Assembly: GCA_013265495.1 (NCBI GenBank)
Contig: MU058213.1
Location: forward strand, 992,001 to 1,056,000
Direction of reading: 5' to 3'
Length of the DNA stretch: 64,000 nt
Source: Vicugna vicugna
Taxonomy: Eukaryota
Shown: positions 51,501-62,650 of the stretch, piece by piece
Numbering within the stretch: position 1 is the stretch's first letter
Layout of the letters: every line of letters starts with the position of its first letter
Notes under the pieces: model-generated
The model's database searches: none
Seen by the model: the letters and a program-made list of their open reading frames with translations, nothing else
Told to the model about the DNA's origin: nothing
Translations under genes and position numbers: made by a program

Positions 51501-54500
51501 ACATGACAGAATATATTTATCAAAACTCATTAAACTGTGCACATAAAATAAGTGAATTTTATTACATGTAAATTACACATCAGTAAAGCTGATTAGAGAG
51601 AGAGAGAGAGAGGCAGGAGCTGGAGGGAAGAGAGAGGACAACCTCCCCGGGTAGTAAAACGGAGGAAGTCTGGGAAAACCACTGTGGGACAGAGGACGTG
51701 CCTGCTGGGGCGGAGTGGGGTCGCCCACCCGACATTTTACACAGCACCAGACCTTATTCCGTACAGCAGCAAGGAGTTTACATTTCCAATAATACTTTAT
51801 ACGTCATTAGGAATTGCCTAAAGTGGAGGCAAATAAATCCAAATCTATCCTCCAGGGGGCCATGTGCCCCTAGAGTCTCCCAATGGAGGCAAAATTCACT
51901 ATAAAGCAACAAGCAAAGAAGCTAAATTACCCCCATCTCCCATATTTTCCTATAGAAAAGTCAGCCCCACTACACCCCTCCCCGCAACCCTTTGGAGGTT
52001 GAAGTTAAATCCCTGGAACCCCATTCAGACCTTCCTTCAGTGTCTCCCTATTTCAAAAAGCGAAAAGCATCAAGAAAATTTTAGAGGTCTATCCAGCAGT
52101 AGCAACTTTCATTAAAATTATAAGCTTTTTGTAATCTTTTAGCCACTAAGCAACACACCGAACTGTCACACTTCAACAAACAGTAACAAATTTGAAGAGG
52201 AAATCAGGAGCATTCTGCTTTGCTCAAGCAGAGTAAAGAAGTATTTCTGAGCAGCTTACAAGTTTCACAGAGTCAGCAAACATTCATGATATAATGGGAA
52301 GTAACTTCCAGTGGTGTTAAATTACACTATCCCCGCCCCTTCCTATCCCTATATCTAATCTATCACAGAGAGCTGTCTCTGAATTGTCCCCTTCTTTCCC
52401 ACAACTTCTGCCTGTACCTCCGTCTACCAGGCCTCCATCACCTTCCATTTTGTTTCCTACAAGTTTCCTTGGTCTCCCTGGCTCCCAGCTCTTCGATATT
52501 ACTCATCCTGCTCAACATGTCTGAAAATGTGCTTACTTGTTTAATCACTTCTTTATACCCTGCTTTGTTCCTACAAGTGGACTCATCATCCCAAATCATT
52601 ATTTTCAGTCTTCCTCTCTCCTGTTTAAGTAGTCTTTCATTCAACCAACAAATTTTAAAGAGCACCTATTATGTGTAAGACATTGTGCTAGGCTCTGCAG
52701 GAGGTGAACAAGCCCAGATCAGCATCTCAAGGGGTTTACAGCATTGTGGGAGAGGCATACACATGCACAAATGACTATAATAAGATAGAAATGTGTATAG
52801 GTCATTAAGATAGAGAACTGTCAGTTGGATGTCAAGTAAAATCAGAACTGGTATAGGAGAGGTAGAATACGAGACAAAGGAAACGTTGCAGAGGTTTCCA
52901 ACCTGCGGGACTAGGAGAACAGCAGAGCAAGGACGGGCCGAGGGACATTAGGAAGAATACAGAGCATAACAGGAGACTTAAGGAAAGCGAATGTACTTGC
53001 CAAAGCCCAGAACAGGGCACATGATCAAAGAAGAGATTTCTGTCCTGCTTTAAGATGTTGGAAGCAGTCTGAAAAATGCAATTTCAACACCAAAATATTA
53101 GAATTTCCAGGATTGATGGTTTAAAGGGACAATGGCATAGAATATAAAACTGGAACTATCACCCCCAAAAATCTAGTCCGTGTGACTTCAGTAGGTATGA
53201 GGAACTATGGTGGGAAAGGAAGATTATAGATACATAATTTGCTGACCTAACAGTTGGTTCAGTTAAGGATAGTTAGCACAGCTTCTCGAGTCGAAGGGTT
53301 TTAAGTTGTTTTTGTACTGTTAGAAAATACAGCATCCTGACATACTGCAGGGCTCCTAATTAAACTTCAGATAATCTTGACCATTCTTCAGCTTTTATGG
53401 TGCTGTCCATGAAGTCCGAGACCCCCACATCAGGAGGACTAGCATGTCATTGTACTGTTGCCAGTGATCCATCCAGGCCAGGCCTGATTACTAAACCCTG
53501 CTCTCTACAAATGCTGAATCCTCTGAAGCTGCTGAAAGCAGTTGTGGGTGATGTCATGATTCAGATCCCTACTGGCAAGTCAAGACTAGCAAATATTTTC
53601 AAAATCAGAAGTAATAAGATGTCACAGCCACCTTCAATTCTTTTAGGAACAAGTCAGGTGGATCTAAAAACAAATCAACACACAAATCTGTGATTATACT
53701 AAAAACCTGTGAATTGTATATTTTAAATTGGTGAATTGCACGCTGTGTGATTTTATCTCAATAAAGCCATTATTCTAAGAAACAACAAACATGTTTTAAC
53801 CAAAATGTTAGTTTCCAGAAATTTTATATCTTAGGAACCAAGCTATTGCCCCTAAAATGTTTATACTGCTGGGAAGTTTTACAAAAAGGAAGCCCTGCTA
53901 AATTGCTGTGACAAAACCATTATCATTTTTAGCTAAAAAGAATAAACTGAATGGTCTCTTGTCTTTCACTGTAATAGAAGCCGATTTGTATCACACATCA
54001 AAATCTGCCTTTAAGCTCTGACTGACATTTTTTAAAAGGGCACTTTTCAGATTCAACCATTACACTGAATACCACAATTATGGCTTGTCACTATTACATC
54101 TTTCCTTGGAGTCTACCCCCAGAATTTCCTTCCCTAGAATCCTCTGCAAGGGAAAAATCCTTGTATTTATCCACTGATATTACTTCTAATGATCTCCCTC
54201 TTCTTCTAGTAATTACTATCCGAGCTTTTATCTCTAAAATCATTCCAACCTTCTCCATGTCCCAACCCATTCCCTAACTTCTACAAATAAATATCATACC
54301 AGCTGTCTGCCTGCTGTTGAGGTGACAGCAGGTTATTTATGTCCTTGGAGATTCAAAGTAGGCCAAGAATGTAAGAAGCAGGCTGTGAGCCCTTTGAGGC
54401 AGAGGACTGTGTCTTGTTCATGCTAGAACCTCTCAACACTAAACCGAGTACCTGACACCTAGGAGGTGCTCAATAAATATTTTTGTGCGCCATTAAACTA

Positions 54501-54704
54501 AGTAAGCCCCATTAACAAAAAGAATTAGCCAACAAACCAAGTGACCAAATTATTCTTAGGTATAAGTGTATTTAGAAGGCAGCTTAAGCTCAACTTCCCC
54601 ATTGATGTCTAATTTGTCTTTACAATGACTAGAGGGTGAATTTTTAACATATTGTGATGAAGGTATGACCAAAGCCCCAAACCTTACAATTTAAAAATCA
54701 TAGT

Positions 54705-54808
54705 TTTTTTTGTTTTGTTTTGTTTTTAATGGAGGCACTGGGAATTGAATCCAGGACCTCGTGCACACTGAGCACGTGCTCTACTACTGAGCTATACCCT
54801 CACCCCCC
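54705..54808 (-). mobile_element. tRNA-Ala-derived SINE
   Basis: TSD AAAATCA(T/C)AGT at 54694-54704 and 54809-54819; A/B-box-bearing tRNA head on the reverse strand. Confidence 0.9.
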
Positions 54809-54973
54809 AAAATCACAGTGTCTTGTAAATATTTTAATTGCCAATTTTTGGGGGGGAAAAAAAAACAGATCCAAAGTCCAAGAGCAACTTATTATCCAAT
54901 CAGTGTCTAGTTAAGCAGCCAATTAGTCAGGCAGCTAAAGGATGGACTGCTTACCACAGTAAAGAAGGGGGTC

Positions 54974-55123
54974 GGGAGAGGGTATAGCTCAACTGGTACA
55001 GCACATGCTTAGCATACACAAGGTCCTGGGTTCAATCCCCAAGTATTCCCTCTAAAAATAAATAAATAAACCTAATTATTATCTCTCCTCCCAATAAAAA
55101 TTAAAACAAAAAGATTTAAAAAA
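54974..55123 (+). mobile_element. tRNA-Ala-derived SINE
   Basis: TSD AAAGAA(G/T)GGGGTC at 54961-54973 and 55124-55136; gggtatagctcaactggtacagcacatgcttagcatacacaaggtcctgggttcaatcccc. Confidence 0.9.
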
Positions 55124-55154
55124 AAAGAATGGGGTCTATATTTACAGACTCGTA

Positions 55155-55295
55155 TCTCTTCTTGTGAAAATGGACTGATTTTTCTTGGTACCTATCTCAT
55201 ATGTTTATTATGAGGATTAAATGAGTTAAAATTTGTAAAGCACTTAGAACAGCAACTGGCACATAGTTAGCTTTATATAAATGTTTGTTAATAAA
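55155..55295 (+). mobile_element. MIR
   Basis: tgaggattaaatgagttaaaatttgtaaagcacttagaacagcaactggcacatag. Confidence 0.75.
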
Positions 55296-55509
55296 GTAAC
55301 TTCAGATTCGTTTCCAACTGCATTCAGTCCTACATTAGAGATCTACAATGCCTAAAGAATTATCAAGTGTGGAGAGAAGTTCCAAGTATGCAGTCTTCAA
55401 ATCTGCAGCTGGAAGAGAAAGAGGTCTCGGGGAATGTTTCATACAAATTCATTTTGTGGTTGAAGAAATGTATCTCATATATGTAGAGAAATTCACAGGT
55501 TACAAAAAG

Positions 55510-55720
55510 TATTCTCACCTATTATTAAGTTTGATCCTCACAACAACAGCCTTATAAGAGACGCAAGGCAGGTATAATTAACTTCATTTACAGATAAGTA
55601 AACTGAAGTACAGAGAGGTTAAGTGACTTGCTCAAGGTCACACAGTAAGTGTGGGCTAGAATCTAGGGCTAGAATCCAGGTCTCTCCACAGTGGGTCCCA
55701 GCCTCTTCCTTTTGTAACAT
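55510..55720 (-). mobile_element. MIR
   Basis: tttacagataagtaaactgaagtacagagaggttaagtgacttgctcaaggtcacacag. Confidence 0.8.
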
Positions 55721-56775
55721 GCTGCAACCTGGGGCTTGGGCTTACTTGGGTTATACTGAGAAGCAATGATTCTGGGACCATAAATGTAGACTCTGCTGCA
55801 AATGCAAACTTGAAAAGTTAAGGCAATTCTGTTAACTGGAACTAGTGGTAATTAATAGCTGGTAAAACACCTACCTACATAGGAGTAGCAGTGCAAAATG
55901 CCATGACTACACACAGCCACAAAGGCCATCAATGTCTTGAAGGGACAGTTCTCGGAAAATGTGCCATTCAGAGATTACCAGCCCCAGAGAATACTGGTGT
56001 TAGCATAAGAAAGAAAAGGCTGCCACTTCCCTTACACTAAACCCAGAAGGAAAAGGCTCGCCCCAGCGGATGGTGAAGACATGGAGCCTAACAAGGCTCT
56101 AAGGGATTACACGCAGGTTGCAAACTCCCGGCGACAAATGAGTGCGACCATCCTAGCCCGTGAATCAGCTCGCATTTATTCGGCTGCATCTTCCCCAGGG
56201 CCTCTCCACCCCAGGGTAGCAGTCTGAAACCCGGCAACTAAAGGTGAAAATCGACTGGCTATCGTTTGCAGGTTTCTAAATCTCACAGAAAGGTTGGCTG
56301 GCGGTAGAAGTGGCACCGCATACCAACACAAGACGTTATTTTAAGCGCGTGTCTCCAGGGGAGGGACTGACCATCTGATCCACCAGCTCGAGCATCTCCC
56401 ACCAGCCAGGATTTTTCCTAAAGCAAGACGGAGGACAGAGCAATCCTGACGCAGGCCAGCCCTACTAAATCCACACGGGCCCCCTTTCCACACAGAAACC
56501 CGCTCTGCTTCCAGCCCAAGAAGCGTGGCAGGGGGCAGAGAGGCACCCCAAGGCAGGCCTCCTTCCGCCGCGTTAACCATCAACGCCCGAACGAGGAAGA
56601 TGCCTCTGCGGGCGACCAGAGGGGCCGGGCCGGGGATTTTGAAATGCTCGGAAAGGGGGTGGTGCGGGGTCGGGCCGGGCTGGGTCCCCGCGCCCCCGCC
56701 CCTCCCCGGCCTGACAGTTGGCGGCGCCCGGCCGCGCGACCCTCTCCTCACGGCGCGGCTCGCGGGGCGCCTTAC

Positions 56776-56802
56776 CTTTGTGTAGAGCTCGGACGCGGCC
56801 AT
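56776..56802 (-). CDS. MYO5A: Myosin Va, first coding exon (MAASELYTK), phase-0 donor
   Basis: Minus strand reads ggcccgcc ATG GCC GCG TCC GAG CTC TAC ACA AAG|GTAAGG. It has a strong Kozak context, matches the known myosin Va N-terminus (MAASELYTK-FARVW...), has a canonical donor with GT at 56775-56774, and lies inside a CpG island. Confidence 0.95.
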
Positions 56803-57082
56803 GGCGGGCCCCGCGGCGCCGACGCCCCCCGCCTGTGCGGAGGCCGCACCTCGCCTGGGCGGCCGCCCGCGCCGACTAGGAAGCGCCCAGGCTGCCGCCG
56901 GCGGGGAGCAGGGCAGGGCCGGGCGGGNNNNNNNNNNNNNNNNNNNNNNNNNNGCCTCAGGCGCGGGCGGCCCGCGTGGGCCGCGCCATCACTCCCGGGC
57001 TCGCCGCGAGCAGTGGCGCGCGCTCGGCGTGCCGGGGGTCCTCGGGGTCACCGCCGCAGCCGCCCCGGCGGCCGGAGATGCT

Positions 57083-57103
57083 GCCGCCGCCGCCGCCGCC
57101 GCC
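57083..57103. repeat. (GCC)7 trinucleotide repeat
   Basis: Seven consecutive GCC units read directly. Confidence 0.95.
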
Positions 57104-58411
57104 CTGTGCATTGTGGGAGCGGGAGGAGGCTGCGCTCCGGCGCTGCCAGCGCGGCTGCTCCGGGTTCTCTCGGGCTCACGCTGCCTCCCATCGGCTGCGG
57201 GCACCGAGCATCATCAGCTTGCCTGCCAGTGTCGCCGCCTCCTCCTCCCGCGCTGCCGAGGCCCAGGACACTCGCTGTATGCACACACACACACCCTGGG
57301 ACGCCCCCCGCCGACTCCAAGCGAGTCCCGGACCGTGCAGAATAGCCCAGCCCCTGAGAGGGGCGGCGATAGCAGGTGTCACTGAGGGTGTCCAGGTAAA
57401 CGACGGGAGTCTCCAGGCTGCTTCTCCTGTGCTTCCAGGCATTTCTAGGGAAAGGATTTGGGGGGAGGCTCATTAGAAGGCCATAGAGTAACCTAGAATT
57501 CTGGAAGAGCCTTGTTAGCAAAAGTCTGGGAGTGAGCAACGACCGGGAATCTGAGATCAAGGCTCACCAAGGTCACCCCGAACATCTCGGCATCTGCAGT
57601 AGGGTCGTTTCGTGATGCCAGAGCGTAGGGGCCTGTTTTAAGCTACAGGAATTTAAGGGTGCCTTGAAACAAATGCCCCCAGGGGCAGCCCTGGAACCTC
57701 CTTCGCTCCTAGGCCTGTGCCTTTGTAGCGGTCCCCCTATCTAGTCGCTGTTATCCTTGCACTTCAAACGCAAGAAGATGACCTTTCCACCCCACCCCCA
57801 CGCTGTCTTCATCCTCTACCTTCTTCCCACCCACTTTCTTTCCAGCTTGGCTAACCTCCATATTTTTTCATCTTAGCCTCTTTTTAGTGTGCTCATCTTT
57901 CCTTATTTCTATGAACTCTAAGTGTTGCCTAGTGCGAGTCAGGGGAATCTGGGATGGTTTCTATCAAGACCATCTCTCAAGCCTGGCGCCCTTGGTAGCT
58001 TGTGTATTTGAAGGAAGATATTTGATAGGGGGATACCTGGGGGCAGTCATCACTCCCTGGAACTCAGGCCTCTCCTCCCCTAGCTCACTGCCCACAATCT
58101 CCTCGGAGATGCTAGAGTTAATTGCTACAGAGTCCAAAGCCCTGTGGAATTCTCTGTCCCTTCCAATTCTAAAACCAAATCTCTGTCGTGTTTTTGGGTC
58201 CTACCTTTTCTTTGCACAGACATAAAAAGGAGAAAACCTGTGTGACTATAAGCAGTAACACAGAAAGGGCACTGGACTGACATTTAAGAGGTTTTGAATT
58301 CTCCCCCTTGCAGTTTCTTCATGCCTTGTGTAAGGTGGTAACCGCTCTGTTTTCTCACCTTTCAGACAGTACCTACTTCACAAGACCGTTGAAAAACGCT
58401 GAGTAGCCTGA

Positions 58412-58920
58412 TGAAGGGGTTCAGGGTGTGTCAGCTCAGGGTATGCTGCTTTGGCATATTGACTATTTTGAGTTGGGAGAACCTGAAAAACAACAAATAC
58501 AAGGAAAATACTGATCTGCCTTCTTTTTCTTAAAAGTAGAATGTGAAATTCCTATATGAAAAATGTCCTCCCTAATATCAGAAGGAAAGTAACATTCTTA
58601 TCAAGAACAAGAAGTTAAGATCAAGAGAATTCCATACAAACAGACCTTGTTAAAATAATTCTTATCTTCCTTTAACCTCCTCCCATTGTTAAGTCACTTT
58701 TCCACAAATGCTCCTCTTTGCTCAACCCAACAAAATCAACTTCTCTAGCAAGTAGATTTACCATTTCTTTGGGTCTTCATTTCCGTATGAAGACTCTTGT
58801 GTCATATAAAACAATATCAATTAGTATGCTTTTCTCCTGTTAATCTATTTTTGTCAGTTTAATGTTCAGACCCAGCCAGGGACCCTAAGAGGGTGGAGGA
58901 AAAAATTTTCTTTTCTTAAA
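58412..58920 (+). mobile_element. MER34-like solo LTR (ERV1)
   Basis: Starts tgaaggggttcagg...ctttggcatattgactattttgag, ends ...gggaccctaagagggtggaggaaa. 4-bp TSD CTGA at 58408-58411 and 58921-58924. Confidence 0.8.
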
Positions 58921-59341
58921 CTGAGAAAAGACTAAAAAAGTGAAAGGATGTTATAGGTGTGAGTAGGGTTTTTGGTTTGTTTATTTTGGATTTTTTTCCC
59001 CTCATGACAGGGTAAAAGAGAAACTAGAATTATTCTCTTCTAATTCCTGAACACACACATTCAACCACTCAAATATTTGGACCCATAATGGGAGGAAGGT
59101 AGTGGGGATGAGGATGAGAAGGGTTTTCTACCCTTGTTCTTACTTTATCTCATTCAGGGGAGTAGATATTAAAGCTGGAAGAAGCAGCAGCCAAAAGGCC
59201 CTGATGGCTGACCTCCCTACCTTAACCATGTATAGCCATAGTCCCAAGCACTTTGTCATTAGTGAACTATGGAAACAACTTCTCAGGGTTTAAGATTCCC
59301 CCTCCCAAAGAGTACCCAAGGGACATTGTATATTCTATTTT

Positions 59342-59466
59342 GTTTTGTTTTTCCAGGGGGAGGGTAATTAGGTTTATTTATTTTTAATGGAGGTACTGGG
59401 GACTGAACCCAGGACCTCGTGCATGCTAAACATGTGCTCTACCACTTGAGCTATACCCTCCTCCCC
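59342..59466 (-). mobile_element. tRNA-Ala-derived SINE
   Basis: Reverse strand gagggtatagctcaagtggtagagcacatgtttagcatgcacgaggtcctgggttcagtccccagtacctcca plus tail aaataaacctaattacc. Confidence 0.9.
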
Positions 59467-59761
59467 TGTATTTTATTTTAAATTGATCAAGTTTTCAATT
59501 ATTGTTTTATAGGTGGAAACATTTCCCCATAGCTTGCTGTCAAATAAAAATAATGTCCAAGTTATCGTGAAAAGTCCCTTTCCTCCAAAGCATCCATGGG
59601 CATTACTTTCATCAACAAATATTGAGAGCTACACTATACTAGAAACTATTCTGCATGCTGGATTCAAGAGTAAACAAAACAGATAAAATCCTTGACCCTG
59701 TGGTGCTTACATCTAGTCAGGAAGACAGATAACTGTAAAGTTAGAAGGTGATGGTGATAAG

Positions 59762-60205
59762 TGTATTAGTTTGCTAGAGCCATAATATAGTACCATGAAC
59801 TGGGTGTTTTAGACAGTAATTTACTATGTGAGCTGTAGGGTAGAAGTACCAGATCAAGGTGTTGGCAGGGTTAGTTCCTTTTGGGAGCTGGGAGGGAGAA
59901 TCTGTTCCTTGCATCTCCTACATCCTACAGGTTTGCTAGCAACCTTTGGCATTCCTTGGCTTCTGCTGAATCACCCTGATCTGTGTCTTCATCTTCACAT
60001 GGTGTTCTCCCTGTGTGAATGAGTTTCTGTGTCCAAATTTCCCCTTTTTAATAAGGACATGGTCATTTTGGATTGGCATCCACCGTCATGACTTCATCTT
60101 AACTTGGATCATTTGCAAAGATCCGATTTCCAAATAGTCTCAGTCACAGGTAGTGGGCGTTAGGACCTCAACATCTTTTAGGGGGACACAATTCAACACA
60201 GAAGA
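59762..60205 (-). mobile_element. MLT1 (MaLR) LTR inserted in an L2 fragment
   Basis: tgtattagtttgctagagcc...atcaaggtgttggcaggg...ataaggacatggtcattttggatt...gggggacacaattcaac. Confidence 0.8.
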
Positions 60206-61289
60206 GTGTGCAATGGAGAAAAACTAGAAAAGAGAGAGAAAAATAAAGCAGTAGTTTTTAGTAGGGTAGTCATTGCTTGATTCAAATTGAAAAAAAAAAT
60301 CTACTGAGGGCCAATCATGTGGTAGCACTGAAGTAGTGAAGATGGAGATGAATGAAATATGGTCCCTGGCCTGGGGAGCTCACTGCAAGGAGCGGCTGCA
60401 GGGTAGGGGAAGGGGCAGTCCATGCCGCGTGGGTTAATTAATCAAGTAGTAATTCTAATGTTTCAGAGGACCAGGCATGGGCATAGGTGACATTTGGGTG
60501 GGAACCCCAAATGGCTCATTGAAAGATCCAAATGGTGATATTGGGAGCAAGGGGGTCATTTATCACTGAAAGATACAAAAAGGGACAGCCAGAGGGAACT
60601 AGGCTCTGAAGCAGAAAAACCAGAGTTAAGAATGGAGTAAGACTGACCTGAAAGATTGAAAGATGGGAGGCAGGCATCAGGTACCACTGGGCCCCACCCC
60701 TTCACTTCGCCAGCTGCAGCCAGTTATCCTAACCCCCTCTCACTTGGGAGCTTAGGCCTAGCCACACTTTGAGGCTCTCCAGGCAAGCAGGATAGAAAGG
60801 ATACTACTTAACTCAAAAGCTTCAATTATTTTTATTCCCAGTACCTATTACTCTAATTCTAGATTCTAATCTTGTCTCTCCTAAAATATCTCTGATCTCT
60901 GGCCCTTTGTTCCTGGTTTGGTAGCCTGTTTGCTGACTACCTGCTATTGGAGCAGCCTCTGAATCTCTATGCCAAGGTCTGTGGTACCTGATTCCTTCTA
61001 TCAGTTGATTGTTCTAGATCTTTAAATACGTCTGCCCAAATCCATAGCACTCACTTGCTTTACATTGCCTTACTCTTCCTGAATTACTTGATTTTAAGTA
61101 CTTATTAGCCACAGTCATCCTGTGCTTCCAACAACCACTGAGACACACCTCCCTTCCACGTGGTGGTGATGGAAGCCCCTCAGTAGTGAAAGTGACTTAG
61201 ATTCAAATGACCTACATTCTAGTCCCCCGGTACCTCGGTCCCTTTGACATACCCTCCCATCACTGTGTGTGAGTTTTGGGATTTCTTTG

Positions 61290-61660
61290 TTTCTTTTTTT
61301 TTTTTTAAGCACTTACTTGCTTTCTAGCACCACAAGATTCTACAAACTCATCTTGTATATTCCCTGCCACAGTCGTAGAATCAGCCATTTCTCCAAGGAG
61401 TCCTGGTCCTTTTCATTGGAGAAGCTATGACCTGGGCCTTGTTGTTACTAGGGTACTATTGCTTCTAGGCTCTCTCAGCCATAGAGCAAGGAACTATGTG
61501 TACACTAACCTGTGTGTGTACACATATCTGTAAGTATTTCTAAGGTACCAAACAAGAGTTCATACTGATGTCTCCAACTCTGTATCTATTATCACGTAGA
61601 TTTTTCTTACCTCGTCCCCTAGCTTACCTGGAAACTCTCCCAACATGAGGAACCTGAGCC
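61290..61660 (-). mobile_element. Old L1 (L1MC/MD-like) 3' fragment
   Basis: ctttctagcaccacaagattct...ctcatcttgtatattccctgcc...gaatcagccatttctccaaggagtcctgg. Confidence 0.65.
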
Positions 61661-62147
61661 TTTTTTTTAAAATGAGCAAAAACCGGAGAACTTATTGTAT
61701 ATTGTTGTTAAGGGGTTCAAATGGGACCAGGGAAAAAATAAACTGGAAACTGGACAGTGCTATACAATTTTAAGATATTATTAATCAAATTCTCAGTCCT
61801 ATCTCTCCCCATATATTCACCTCCTGCCTTTGACTTGTTGGTTCTGCCATGTTGCAGGATCCACTGGAAGCCCAGTCAAGAACTGAGTGACTTCTAAAAG
61901 AGCATTTTTGATGGGAAACAAAATGAACTCAGGGGCCAGCCAGAAAGGATGAAGAGCTCAAAGATTAGGACTATACAAATTTATTGACTTAACTTGGGTA
62001 TGCTACCTGGCTGTGTAGTTTAAGATCCTCTTTTACTGCTTTGAGGCATGTCAAATCAAAATGAGAAAGGAAATACTAACCCCCCTGAAGTTCTCACACC
62101 CTAAAGTAGACAACACTGCAGGGTTGTATTGAAAAGATATAGGAAGG

Positions 62148-62650
62148 TGTAATGGGATCTGTCATATTTGTGCTTGCTTGTCATCCTTTCTGTATTTGGG
62201 GAAATTTTCTACAATAGTCCTGCCTCCTGCCAAGTCCCAGATTCCCTCCTCGTTTGCACCTTGGATGCATTCAGCTGACCTAAGCTACAAAGATCAGATA
62301 CATCAGACAAAACTTGGTGTTGGAAGTGAAAAATAAGGAGAAATATGCTCTGCCCAGAACTTCCATTTGCCAATAAAGGTGGTAACAGAGGTAACCAAGT
62401 CTGGGGGACAACGGTAGTCACATAAAAGTTGGGCGCCTGGCTTTCTGTGTTTGGTGGTGGCGGCAGCAGCATTTTCTGTATCAGATCATTGCTGTAGCAT
62501 GTTTCTGGGATTGTTCCTGGATTTACATCAAGACTGTTTCTCCAGCTGTACCAACAATTTTGTAAGTGACCTGATCTCTTTTGATAAATCCCCTTTCTGT
62601 TAATCCCCAGAATTATGAGTTTGTGATTTTAAGCACTCTGACCATTATGG
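62148..62650 (+). mobile_element. Old ERVL-type LTR (LTR33-like)
   Basis: tgtaatgggatctgtcatattt...ggtggcggcagcagc...gataaatccctttctg...ctctgac resembles LTR33 (recalled). Confidence 0.5.

Larger units (their letters stand above)
1..56775 (-). other. MYO5A: MYO5A intron 1 (continues beyond the left edge of the window)
   Basis: Begins at the GT donor after exon 1. I found no exon encoding FARVWIPDPEEVWKSA in the window. Repeat-rich, intron-like composition. Confidence 0.85.
56330..57420. promoter_or_regulatory. CpG island / MYO5A promoter and 5' leader
   Basis: Abrupt rise in GC and CpG density relative to the rest of the window, GC boxes (e.g. CCCCGCCCC near 56694-56702), spans exon 1. Exact TSS cannot be determined. 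Assembly gap at 56928-56953. Confidence 0.9.

Noticed and set aside
51848..51864. CTCF-like CCTCCAGGGGGCC
   Set aside because: Deviates from the core at two positions; unsupported without a PWM score or ChIP data.
56341..56775. 153-aa ORF continuing past MAASELYTK
   Set aside because: Read-through of the GT donor into GC-rich intron; no myosin similarity after K9.
56525..57560. Overlapping Ala/Arg/Pro/Gly-rich ORFs in the CpG island
   Set aside because: Expected from stop-codon scarcity in GC-rich DNA; no recognisable domain.
59380..59460. Apparent tRNA-Ala(AGC) genes (also about 6800, 20290, 34060, 54730, 54980)
   Set aside because: They carry stem-disrupting changes, shared A-rich tails and TSDs, so they are SINE copies rather than tRNA genes.
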